A stretch of DNA of 64,000 nt, taken from Octopus sinensis (Eukaryota). The stretch is from the NCBI RefSeq assembly GCF_006345805.1, contig NC_043014.1:1178001-1242000 (forward strand), in the 5' to 3' direction. Made by a program: the position numbers and the translations under genes. Shown here in pieces: positions 52,803 through 64,000 of this stretch (the first letter of the stretch is position 1; every line of letters begins with the position of its first letter). Under the pieces are notes generated by a model, which was not told the DNA's origin, did no database searches, and saw only the letters and a program-made list of their open reading frames with translations.

Positions 52803-53157
52803 TTATTCTTTTACTCTTTTACTTGTTTCAGTCATTTGACTGCAGCCATGCTGGAGCACCGCCTTTAGTCGAGCAAATCGACCCCAGGACTTATTCTTTT
52901 GTAAGCCCAGTACTTATTCTATCGGTCTTTTTTGCCGAACCGCTAGGTGACGGGGACGTAAGCACACCAGCATCGGTTGTCAAGCAATGCTAGGGAAACA
53001 GGCTTCTTTCAGTTTCCGTCTACCAAATCCACTCACAAGGCATTGGTTGGCCCGGGGCTATAGCAGAAGATACTTGTCTAAGATGCCACGCAGTGGGACT
53101 GAATCCGGAACCATGTGGTTGGTTAGCAAGCTACTTACCACAGAGCTACTCCTGCGC
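52803..53157 (-). mobile_element. SINE family B, near full length
   Basis: High similarity to 31958-32347. Head-only copies at ~10151-10286(+), 14331-14420(+), 19845-19985(+), 47495-47650(-), 49424-49575(-). Confidence 0.85.
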
Positions 53158-53172
53158 CTGTGTGCATGTATG

Positions 53173-53275
53173 TTATACAGCTTTATTCCAAGATTTCTTG
53201 CCAATGGAGAAAGAGTCATATTCTAACTTAGACCCAAGACTCCATCATTAGAAGAATTTCAACATCATCAACAGG
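53173..53275 (-). mobile_element. Second copy of the short 3'-end fragment
   Basis: TTTATTCCAAGATTTCTTG...TTCTAACTTAGA...GAATTTCAACATC..CAACAGG shared with 60502-60605. Confidence 0.55.
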
Positions 53276-53412
53276 GTATCTGTGCATATTTGCATATTTG
53301 CAGTATTTAGAGTCAGTGCATGCACAGATCTCCATATTCTATTGTAAGTCTGTATTCTCGTGCATGTACCGGCATTCCTAGACATGCACATCTATATTTA
53401 AATACTAACTCA

Positions 53413-53644
53413 TTATTTCTTTATCGCTCACAAGGGGCTAATCATAGAGGGGACAAACAAGGACAGAGAAAGAGATTAAGTCAATTACATCGACCCCAGT
53501 GCATAACTGGTACTCAATTTATCGACCCCGAAAGAATGAAAGGCAAAGTTGACCTCAGCAGAATTTGAACTCTGAATGTAACGGCAGGCAAAATATCTCT
53601 AAGCATTTCATCCGACTTGCTAACGTTCCTGCCAGTTCGCCGCC
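53413..53644 (-). mobile_element. SINE family A
   Basis: Reverse complement of the family A sequence. Confidence 0.8.
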
Positions 53645-53837
53645 TTCTGGAAAGTTTTACAGATTCTTACAGTTCCATTGATGGCTTGAATCTGTAATCT
53701 TCTAATCAGCATTCTTCTTTTCGATTTTAAGAGGCCTAATTTCTCAAGATTGGTGCTGAAGCAGTTTGTTAGAGATCCCAGCCCCAGTAATTACAGGTAT
53801 AAATCTGGACTTGTAATCCAGGGAGAGTAACTGTAAA

Positions 53838-54256
53838 TGGTCTCAAGAATTTGTCTTATGAAGAAAGGCTGAAGACGCTCGACCTTTATTCTCTAGAAAA
53901 ACGCCGCCGCCGTGGTGATCTCATTCTCGCTCACAACATCATAAGCGGAAAGTGTAACCTCTCGAAAGAGCTGTTCTTCACTCCTGCTCCAGAGCGTCGG
54001 CTGCGGGGTCATTCCGAAAAGCTCTACCTGCGACGATTTCATCTCAATCGAAGGAGAGGAGCTTTCTCCGTCTGGGTTGCGGATCCGTGGAACAAGCTGC
54101 CAGACGAGATGGTGAAGATGCCGATGACCACTTTGTTCAAAGTCTCCCTTGACCTCAAGTGGCCTGAACTCTTTACATGAACACCACCCTGTACTTAACT
54201 CCATGTCCCCCTACATGGCCTTGCTTTTTGCTTTTGAGCCAAAAAATTAACTAACT
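53838..54256 (+). mobile_element. CR1/L2-clade LINE 3' end, 5'-truncated
   Basis: LSYEERLKTLDLYSLEKRRRRGDLI...LRGHSEKL...RRGAFSVWVADPWNKLP, then a short 3' UTR and (CTAA)n-like tail. Confidence 0.9.
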
Positions 54257-56132
54257 AATTGCTCAATGGGGATTGAAAAGATCCCTCACTCCAGGAAGTT
54301 TCAAAGTTTTTAGTTAGAAAGAATTAATTAAAAAACCTGGCCGTCAGATTGAAAAGATCCCTCAATAGTTCAGTATAGGGGTTTTCTTTTTCACTGATCT
54401 TTAGCTTTATGTTAACATCTGCTGGGCGACTGATTCCCTCTAGTGTACAAAATTTCTCTTCTCTGAACCAAATCACAAAGTTTTTGGTCTGTTGTGTTTT
54501 ACATTTTATTGAAGTTTTAACTGGGACCTGTCTGTCTGTCTGTCTGCATGTATGTATGTCTGTATGTATGCATCCATTCATTCTATCGTCTCTGCTCCCA
54601 TTTTACTATCGGCCCTCAAAAGGCAATTGGTGCAATCTATAGAATCTACACATATTCTGATATGGAAGCGGTAGTAATAGAGTAGCAGAAACGCCATTCT
54701 TAGAGTAAAAATTTAAAAAAAATAATAAACGGAAATAAATAACTATAAATAACATCGGCCAACTTAAGAAATTAAGTTATTTGGTTTAAAGGTCGCGAAA
54801 AGAAAGAAAGTGACATTGCGGAGGGAAGAGAGAGAGACAGGTTGAATGGCCGATGCTGATGGTAGTGGTGGGAGTAGGAAAGAGAGAGAGAGAGAGAGGA
54901 CAGTGTAGAAGGAAGGGGGTGGAGTCGTGTAGTGAGAGGGGGAGAATGGGGCAAAGCAACAGATGTAGGTATTGGCTTTATCACTACTTGCAGGGAAGGT
55001 GGTGGTGGTGGTGGAGACGGAGTCTGGGTTTGTAGAGGTGGAGATGGCGAACTGTCTCTGCTTGTGTGTGTATATGCGTATATATATATATATATATACA
55101 CATGGGCATATGTACACACACACACACATGCACATACATAGCCACGTCAGCCCCCAGTGGACCTGCAGTATGTGTATCTATTGATGTATGTATGGGTGTG
55201 CCATGGGCTGAAACAACGCAATGAGGATGGTGTGTGTTGCGTGGTGTCTGTATTTTGTATCTGTGATGTTTTGCTATATGTGATGGCCGAGCAAGAATTA
55301 TATATATATACATATATAAATATGCAGATAAATAGATAGATAGAGAGATAGATGTATACATGTTTGTCGTTTGTGATGTGTAATATGTATATATATTTGT
55401 GTGTGTGTGTGTGCTATGGCGGGAAGAAAGTTGTGTTCTTTGCTTTGGGGACAGCAGATTGGTTCTTTTCTTCTTTGCCAAACTTTATTCTTGGCCTATT
55501 TGCCATTTCTCAGTCCCTCCTCTTCCTTATTTTCTCTGCAACCCTGTATTTCTTTCTTTCTTTCTCTCATTCCATAACTCTTTCCTTCTTTTTTTCTCTC
55601 TCTCACACTTTCTGCTACTCGCTTTCTCTACCCCGTTCTTTCTCTAGTCCCCACCCTTCTCTTTCGAATTTCCCTTCGCCTCTTCACATTTACTCTTCTA
55701 ATAATACCACATCCACCCTCTTTACCATCTTTCTCCAGCTTCCTTCGTCTTCTTTCCTCGTCCCCACCAACCCGCTCATTCTCTCTCTCTCTCTCTCTCT
55801 CTCGTCCTCTCTGTCTATCTCCAAAGCTCCTACCCCGACTTCACCCATCGCCTGACACCTCACAAAAGCAGGGGAAAAGGTTTCAAAGACCCTGGCGTCG
55901 CTTCGTATCGTCTGGACTCTTATTTTGCTATTCTCTTCATTTAGATCTGACATCTTAATAAGTCTCACCCCACCCCGTATCTGTCTTCAGACTCTTTCGC
56001 TGCTACATTCGACACCCGTTTAACATACCCCGAACAAAACTCTTGGATACTCCGATGGTCGTTTTTTACATGTATGTATTTCAAATTCCTTCAGATTTTA
56101 TTATACACTTTCTGTCTGTACGTGTGTATATA

Positions 56133-56176
56133 AGTATGTATGTATGTATGTATGTATGTATGTATGTATGTATGTA

Positions 56177-56207
<31 letters not shown>

Positions 56208-56470
56208 ATGTATGTGTATGTATGTATGTATGTATGTATGTATGTATGTATGTATGCATTTATGTATGTATGTATGTATGCATTTATGTATGTATGTATG
56301 TATGTATGTATGTATGTATGTATGTATGTATGTATGCATGCATGTATGTATGTATGTATGTATGTATGTATGTATGCATGTATGTATGTATGTATGTATG
56401 TATGCATGTATGTATGTATGTATGTATGCATTTATGTATGTATGTATGTATGCATGTATGTATGTATGTA
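56133..56470. repeat. (TATG)n microsatellite
   Basis: Direct reading. Confidence 0.95.
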
Positions 56471-57350
56471 TATAAGTATGTATGGTACTTGTCAAGTATG
56501 GTATGTATTTATATATGTATGTAAGTATGTATGTATGTATGTGTGCATGCATGTGTGTGTTTGTGTATGCATGTATGTATACATTGCACAAACGTACATA
56601 GTCCATCTCAAACATACGTATAGTACATGTGTGTGTGTGTTTGTATGTGTGTGTGTGTGTGTGTGTATACCAGTACACCTATACGTATGTATACGTATAC
56701 ATAGATGTAAATTTAAACACGTCCCGCCACTTTCCAAAGTGCTCAACGTGTATAACGTTGGTACCATGAATATTTAAGACCAATATACACAGAATATTGA
56801 TGACAACACACACATACACACTCATTCATAAATTCATACGTATTTTTAGTTAATTTTGACATAAATCCGTGTGTGAGTGTATGTATGTATGTGTGTGTGT
56901 GTGTGTGAGTGTATACACATACATAGGAATATGTGTGTGTGTTTTAGTATATCACAGATATCTACTGAAATCTGTCTCTTACTTGGTGGGCATCTGTTGT
57001 TTGGTGAAACGTCATATAACGTTAGATTACGTTTAACGGTTTATGTCGACGTTATCATCAACGTTACGTTTCGTGTCACTCTTAAATCCGATGACCTTTT
57101 GTGACCATCGTCATCTAACGTCTGATTGTGTCACCTTTACGTTAGGTGACGTGGACTTACGCTTCTGCAGTGACAATCATCAGTTTTTTTTACGTTCTGC
57201 TTACGTTGTTACGTACAGTTCACTTGACGTTGTATGTTGTTACGCTACTTTCCTATTGTTAATGCATAATTTTATTGCGTATCATTGTTTTCATAAAAGC
57301 TTTCTATTTATGTCTGCCTACCTATCCGTCCGTCCATCCATCCATCCATC

Positions 57351-57421
<71 letters not shown>

Positions 57422-57554
57422 CATCCATCCATACGTTAGTGTGCGTGTATGAGCGTGCGCGCACGCGCTTCTTTCTCGGTCGTTCCATTCCCCCCACCAA
57501 AAGTTACCATTGTTTGTACGGACGTCACGACTGGGCATTTTTAATTATAACATA

Positions 57555-58042
57555 CTAGCAGTATCGCCCGGCGTTGCTCGGGTTTGTAAGGGAAATAACT
57601 ATATAAGCATTTTAGAGAGTTACTTCCCTTATAGATGCCAATTCGGGCTTTCTTAGCCATTTCTGTTTTGGTGTCTTCAAGCCATGAAATCGTTGTTCTA
57701 AAAGAACGCTGGTCTCCTTGACAACGCATTACGACGTTGATTTCCTTACACTCCCTTCCCCACAGCTTCACGAGGGAGGGAAGGGGGAGAAGCAAACAGG
57801 TGCAGGTGTGACCATGGACGCCAACTCCGCCGCCATCGACACACGAAAAATTATGCATTAAAATGGAATAAAAAATGATGTTAAATTATTTTTAAAATCG
57901 TAGACTCATCGTAGACGCGCGCTAATAGCCAGACGGGCTCGATATGAATCACGACTATAAGATACCGCAAATAGTGGGAGTAGTTAGGAATCTAAGTCGA
58001 AGGGGACAGACACTCACACAACTACAGTTTTATATATCTAGA
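57555..58042 (-). mobile_element. Non-autonomous Helitron
   Basis: On the minus strand: A|TC start, subterminal hairpin CCCGAGCAACGCCGGG, CTAG|T end. Confidence 0.8.
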
Positions 58043-58154
58043 TATTTCTAGTGAACCCCTTTCTGTTTGTGGAAAAGCCAGGACCACGTTTAGTGTGCTC
58101 CTTTTTCTTTTTTACTCTCGGCATAAAGCCCAAAATTTTTGGGGAGGAGGCCAG

Positions 58155-58320
58155 TCGATTAGATCGACCCCAGTACGCAACTAGTACTTAATTTATCGAC
58201 CCCGAAAGGATGAAAGGCAAAGTCGACCTCGGCGGAATTTGAACTCAGAACGTAAAGACAGACGAAACACCGCTAAGCATTTCATCCGGCCTGCTAACGT
58301 TTCTGCCAGTTTGCCGCCTT
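58155..58320 (-). mobile_element. SINE family A
   Basis: Reverse complement of the family A sequence. Confidence 0.85.
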
Positions 58321-59376
58321 TTTAGTACAGTAACGTGTGTGGTTCAAGGGAGATTTGGCCCCTATTTCTAGCGGATCGATCAACCACATACCGATCCCTA
58401 TTTGTGCCAATGTGACAATGGGAGGTGGGTAATGTTCCTGTACTTCTCTTTTAAAGACATTAGAGAGAAGAGAAAAAGTTACATTTGGTGGTTAAAAGAC
58501 ATGGGTCTCAGTCGGTTTAGACGATGATTCTTCAATTGTTCAATCAACTTAATTACCTGCTCCTGAATTTACATGTAAGCGGTGGAGCATCCCGCTGACA
58601 CGCTTACCCTTTCAAAAATTCTCAGTCGGCTTAAGTCGCCTTGACTTAATCTATGTGACATGGCTCTACCTTTTGAATTACGAGTACAATCCATTCGACG
58701 GATTCCGTACAGTTTCCGTTAATCTATTTTCAGTCACAAGGTGTGGTGGTGGTGACGATGGTGGTGGCGGTGATGATGATGACTATACTGAGAGGGAATG
58801 TGAATCTATGGTGTTCATGCCTTTCTAAATGACACGTGAAATATGTAATGGGAATTAATTTTGTTAGAAGCAGGAATGGAGTACCTAGGAGTACAGTACT
58901 TTCTAGTGATGTGTTATTTCAGAAAATAGCTGAAGCGCGCCATTCCAACGTATTCTGCCCAGCCACAAACAACACCATTGAGAAGGCGATTCGGTGACCT
59001 ACACGTCGATACATGACAGCCACCACGGCTACATTTGAGCAATGGATTAATCCTACATGAATAAATGAGATGTAGAGACAGAAGTGACGGGAAGCAGTGG
59101 TGTTGGTCCGGTGAAACCACTCGGAAGAATACGAACCAATTCCTTTTTAAGAACCATTTCACTCTCCCGATGTTATTTCAATTAATGTTCCTGTGAGTTT
59201 GTCACAAACATTGCAATTATGGGATGTCACTGTCGATGCATCCGCTTTTAATTGCAATTTACTTTCACTTTTTAGTATAATCCACTTTCACCCTCCAAAC
59301 AAATACCACAAGACGTCTTGTCCAGTCTTCAACCAGTTTCCCCAATCCCCTTCCTCGATTCGTATTCCTTTATCAA

Positions 59377-59798
59377 TCTTTATATATAAAAGTAAGGTTG
59401 TGTGTCTGTCTCCTACGATTTAGATTCCTAATTACTCCCACATTTTGCGGTGCAGTTTAACCAAAACCGGGTATCTTATAGTCGTGATTCATATCGAGCC
59501 CTTCTGGGTATTAGCGCGCGTCTACGATGAGTCTACGATTTAAAAAATAATTTACCATCATTTTTTTTCCATTTTAATGCATATTTTTTTAATATAAGGG
59601 AAGTAACTCTCTAAAAATGTCTACGATGAGTCAACGATTTGAAAAAAAATTTACCATAATTTTTTTCCATTTTTAATGCATTTTTTGCTATTTTTTGGCT
59701 ATAACTCTCTAAAAATGCTAAACGGACAGATAGGCAGGCCGACATAAATAGAAAGCTTTTCCCTTACAAACCCGAGCAACGCCGGGCGATACTGCTAG
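59377..59798 (+). mobile_element. Non-autonomous Helitron, same family, with an internal tandem duplication
   Basis: A|TCTTTATATAT start, CCCGAGCAACGCCGGG hairpin, CTAG end; an internal ~100-bp unit (GTCTACGATGAGTC.ACGATTT...) occurs twice. Confidence 0.8.
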
Positions 59799-60132
59799 CT
59801 TCAAATAAAGAAAGGGTAAAATATGACTAGGGCGAGATTTGAGCACAGAATGCAGAGATTCGACGGAATCTGACTCCATATCAACTCTGCTCTCCGCTTC
59901 CCAACCTTCACTGTCAATACTCCCCACTCACTCATTCTCTCTCTTTCGCCGTATTAATAGATCCGGGGCAGTATTAAAGGGCCCCTTTGTTATGCCGTTG
60001 CCTAACTATTACCCTTCTTAACCCTGTTTCTAGTCACATCACTTAAAGTTGGTCTTATATCATTGTTTAACAAATATAATAGACCGGCTGTTGACAGCTG
60101 TAAGACTTTGATGTTAGCACAACTAAACACAC

Positions 60133-60163
<31 letters not shown>

Positions 60164-60314
60164 CCCACACACATTTATATCTAATTGATTACTTCTTGTG
60201 TGTGTGTGCAAGATACACACACGTATCGGTGTGTGTGTATTCATTTCAGGGAATCCAAACAGAATTTTCGGAATGTTTTACAAATTTGCACCGATTGGTG
60301 TGTATAATTGTTAG

Positions 60315-60955
60315 TGTATGTATGTATGCATGCATGCGTGCATGCATGTATGCATGTATGTATGTATGTATGTATGTATGTATGCATGCATGTATGTATG
60401 TATGTATGTATGTATGTATGTATGTATGTTTGTATGTATGTTTGTATGTATGTATGTATGTATGTATGTATGTATGTATGTATGTATGTATGTATGTATG
60501 TCATTATTCAGTTTATTTCAAGATTTCTTGTCAATAGAGGAAGAACCGGTTTCTAACTTAGATCCAAAACTCTTTCATTGGAATTTCAACATCGACAACA
60601 GGAAATGAATGAATGTATGCATGTATGTATGTATGTATGTATGTATGTATATATGTATGTGTGTGTGTATGTATGCATGTATGTATGTATGTGTGTATGT
60701 ATGTTTGTATGTATGTATGTATGTATGTATGTGTGTATGTATGTATGTATGTATGCATGTATGTATGTATGTGTGTATGTATGTATGTATGTATGTATGT
60801 ATGTATGTGTGTATGTATGCTTGTGTGTGTTTGTGTGTGTACGTATGTATGTACGTATGTATGTATGTATGTATGTATGTACGTATGTACGTATGTATGT
60901 ATGTGTGTATGTATGTATGAATGTATGTATGTATGTATGTGTGTATGTATGCATG
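60315..60955. repeat. (TATG)n microsatellite split by a ~105-bp insertion
   Basis: Arrays at 60315-60500 and 60610-60955. Confidence 0.95.
60502..60605 (-). mobile_element. Short 3'-end fragment related to the R4-like LINE, embedded in a (TATG)n array
   Basis: Homologous to 53173-53275; terminus resembles the 3' end at ~60957-61020. Confidence 0.55.
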
Positions 60956-61530
60956 AATAAGTTTAATTTCAGTTCTTGAGAGAGTCCAGGCTGGTCACTA
61001 ACGAAGCGACAAGACTTTTTGAGTCCAGAGAGTTGTTGTTGTTTGTGAATATGTGGTTTAGTTGGTGTGTTTGGTTGAGCTTTGAATGCCTACAAAGGAT
61101 CTCAACTGGAGAATCTTCAGACTGGCTTCTCTGTGTTACCAATAGATTGGATTTAGAGAATCCACATCGGTTTCTTTTGTCCTTTCTTCATGAAACCGAG
61201 TATTTGTTGGTCCATAACCCAATGCCCAAATAATGATGGGTAAACATAAGAATTCATAGTCAGGGTACAATAGCTGTAAATTCCTCTAATTTGCCGTAAA
61301 TGTTCTCTTTTTTTCCTGGACTCTTGATTGTCCATTCACATCCACTGGACAGCTGACCCCTATAACAGTGTAGGACTTTTGTTCCCTGTCCCACAGAACA
61401 ATATCAGGTCTGTTATGTACTGAATTGATATTTTTATTGGGTTCTTCCACCAGTTTTTTCCTTGTTTTTCAATCTCTGAACACCCCTTGGTTCTCATATG
61501 CCCTTGATGTAAACTTCATGGCAGTCCTTC

Positions 61531-61848
61531 ATCATCATCATCATCGTTTAACATCCGTTTTCCGCACTAGCACGGGTTGGACGGTTCGACCGGGGTCTAG
61601 GAAGCCAGGGGCTGCACCAGGCTCCAGTCTGATCTGGCAGTATTTCTACAGGTGGATGCCCTTCCTAACGCCAATCACTCCATGAGTGTAGTGGGTGCTT
61701 TTTACGTGCCACCAGCACAGGTGCCAGACGAGTCTGGCAAACGGCCACGACCAGATGGTGCTTTTTACATGCCACCGGCACGAGGCCAGTTGGGGCGGAG
61801 CTGGCAATAGCCACGTTCGGATGGTTCTCTTACGTGCCACTGGCACTG
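61531..61848 (-). mobile_element. SINE-like family D inserted in the R4-like LINE
   Basis: (CAT)n tail at 61531, reverse-complement body, flanked by ~92-bp direct repeats. Confidence 0.85.
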
Positions 61849-62239
61849 GGTTCTTCTACCAGTATTCCTTGTTTTTCAATATCTGAACACCCCTTGGTTC
61901 TCATATGCCTTTGATGTAACCTTCAAGGCAGTCCTTCATATGGATAGCATTTGCAACTCAGGGCCAGGTAGTGTCTCATAGACATTTCAGGGCAGCTACT
62001 GACAGTGTGTAGGCAACATTTTTCATCTCAGCATGGAGGAGGTGTGGTGGTATCCCTGCCCCTCTTCTTTATCGGGTATTTAGTTGTTATCTCCTGTTCC
62101 TGTATAGTGAAGGCATATCCTTCTAAGTGGGAATTAATGTCTCTATCACAGGTCCAGGAGCGGCTACTCTTCCTTTTTTTAATGCTGTTGTTGCCCTCTC
62201 GTGGAACATGTACCCATCCATTGCTTTTTGCTGGTATCG

Positions 62240-62455
62240 TGGCCGATGCCAGACTCCCCTGGCACCTGTGCTGGTGGCATGTAAAAAGCACCCACTACAC
62301 TCATGGAGTGGTTGGCGTTAGGAAGGGCATCCAGCTGTAGAAACACTGCCAGATCAGACTGGAGCCTGGTGCAGCCCCTGGCTTCCCAGACCCCGGTCGA
62401 ACCGTCCAACCCATGCTAGCATGGAAAACGGATGTTAAACGATGATGATGATGAT
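62240..62455 (+). mobile_element. SINE-like family D inserted in the R4-like LINE
   Basis: Same body and (GAT)n tail. Confidence 0.85.
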
Positions 62456-62703
62456 GTCTGCTTTTCCCCCAAGCTTCTGTTTAAGTAGGCCAGTCCAGCC
62501 TCCTTTGGGTCACACAAGACAGTTGTATCCTCAGAGTACCTGCTCAGTCGTTCTTCTCCAAATCTGAAGATGTTGTTGATCTCACTTTTGAGTAGAAATA
62601 GACTCATTTCCTTCTTCATTGTTCAACAGGTGTCGTCTGAGGGATTCAATGCAACATTCAAAGGCTGTCTTCACACTGCTCCTATGCCTCTACTGCTATC
62701 ACT

Positions 62704-62932
62704 TTAACCCTTTAGTGTTCGCATTATTCTGCCAAAATTAATCCTTTTTTATCCACATCGCCTTGAACTAATCAGGCATTATCTTGGTGCTATGAGATTT
62801 TGATGAGGTAGCTGTTAATTTTTTAATCGATATTGTAAGGTTGGTGTGAGAGACCAGATCTGGCCAGTTTGAACATAAAACAGGCAGAATACTTTTGGCC
62901 GGATATGGCTGGTTTAAATGCTAAAGGGTTAA
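62704..62932. mobile_element. piggyBac-like MITE
   Basis: TTAA-CCCTTTAG ... CTAAAGGG-TTAA. Confidence 0.8.
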
Positions 62933-63014
62933 ATTCTATCAATACATATATATGTACACATGTGTATGTACATACGTATATGTATGTATGTATGTATGTA
63001 TGTATATGTATGTA

Positions 63015-63331
63015 TCATCATCATCATCATCATTTAGCGTCCTCTTTCCATGCTAGCATGGGTTGGACGGTTCAACTGGGGTCTGTGAAGCCCGAAGGCT
63101 GCACCAGGCCAGTCAGATCTGGCAGTGTTTCTACAGCTGGATACCCTTCCTAACGCCAACCACTCCATGATTGTAGTGGGTGCTTTTTATGTGCCACCGA
63201 CACAGGTGCCAGACGAGGCTGGCAAACGGCCACGCTCGGATGGTGCGTTTTATGTGCCACCGGCATGGAGGCCAGGCGAGGCTGGCACGGCCACGATTGC
63301 GGAGGCCAGGTGAGACTGGCACGGCCACGAT
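63015..63331 (-). mobile_element. SINE-like family D
   Basis: Reverse-complement body with (CAT)n at the left end. Confidence 0.85.
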
Positions 63332-63339
63332 TGAAAAAT

Positions 63340-63389
63340 CGTACATATATATGTATGTATGTATGTATGTGTGTATGTATGTACGTATG

Positions 63390-63421
<32 letters not shown>

Positions 63422-63860
63422 TTTACGTACATATATATGTATATGTATGTATGTATGTACGTAAATATATATGTATATGTATGTATGTATGTATGTATGT
63501 ACGTTCATATATATGTATATGTATGTATGTATGTATATGTATGTATGTATGTATGTATGTACGTACATATATATGTATATGTATGTATGTATGTACGTAC
63601 ATATATATGTATATGTATGTATGTTTGTACGTACATATATATGTATATGTACGTATGTTTTTAATTATTTGGACAAAGACGGAAAGCTCCATGTTTTTGT
63701 AAATGCATGTGTGTGTGTGTGAATATATGCTTTTACATGTGGTTCGTGTGTGTGTGTGTATGCTTTTACATGTAGTTCGTATGTGTGTGTGTGTGTATGC
63801 TTTTACATGTGGTTCGTGTGTGTGTGTGTGTGTGTATGCTTTTACATGTGGTTCGTGTGT
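63340..63860. repeat. (TATG)-based array followed by four ATGCTTTTACATGT.GTTCG(TG)n units
   Basis: Direct reading. Confidence 0.9.
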
Positions 63861-64000
63861 GTGTGGTGTGTGTAAAGGAAGCAAGTTCTACAGAAGTGTA
63901 ACATAGTGTTGGATATTCTCTAATTAACCTAATATTTTGTGTTAATTACTGTTAGTAATTAGGAGAAATCACCAGAACCCTGTTTACTTATTCACCGGCC

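Larger units (their letters stand above)
60957..62700 (-). mobile_element. Decayed R4/Dong-like non-LTR retrotransposon (restriction-like endonuclease class), interrupted by two SINEs
   Basis: Ordered minus-strand motifs: SVKTAFECCIESLRRHLLNN; SHLEGYAFTIQEQEITTKY; a CCHC remnant DEKCCLHTVSSCPEMS.RHYL; RLE HNRPDIVLWDREQKSYTVIGVSCPVDVN; NLQLLYPDYEFLCLPIIIWALGY. Confidence 0.85.

Noticed and set aside
58914-59162. 82-aa minus-strand ORF in CpG-rich unique DNA
   Set aside because: No recognisable homology, competing frames are equally plausible, and no donor site was found

Overview
AT-rich, microsatellite- and transposon-dense eukaryotic DNA. The repeat families and simple-repeat load look like an octopus (coleoid cephalopod) genome; this is inferred from recalled repeat sequences, not from a search. 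The one well-supported protein-coding gene is a plus-strand DHHC palmitoyltransferase most like Drosophila Dnz1 / invertebrate ZDHHC3-like proteins. I reconstructed six frame-consistent GT-AG exons (30080-41096, 175 aa); the exons for the N-terminal ~100 aa are not recognisable in the window. A near-intact 5S rRNA copy is fused to a truncated SINE. The rest is a mosaic of repeats: several SINE families, Tc1/mariner remnants and MITEs, TTAA-flanked piggyBac-like MITEs, two non-autonomous Helitrons, two Penelope-like remnants, CR1/L2 and RTE 3' fragments, and a decayed R4/Dong-like restriction-endonuclease LINE. There is also a 16-bp minisatellite with a 120-bp higher-order repeat and a ~665-bp triplication. 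The most interesting leads are apparent (CATA)n targeting by the R4-like family, the 5S-SINE chimera, a ~92-bp duplication flanking a SINE, a 76-bp-arm foldback, and a candidate 70-aa spliced small gene. Almost all ORFs in the supplied track are microsatellite translations. All family assignments come from manual motif recognition and need database confirmation.
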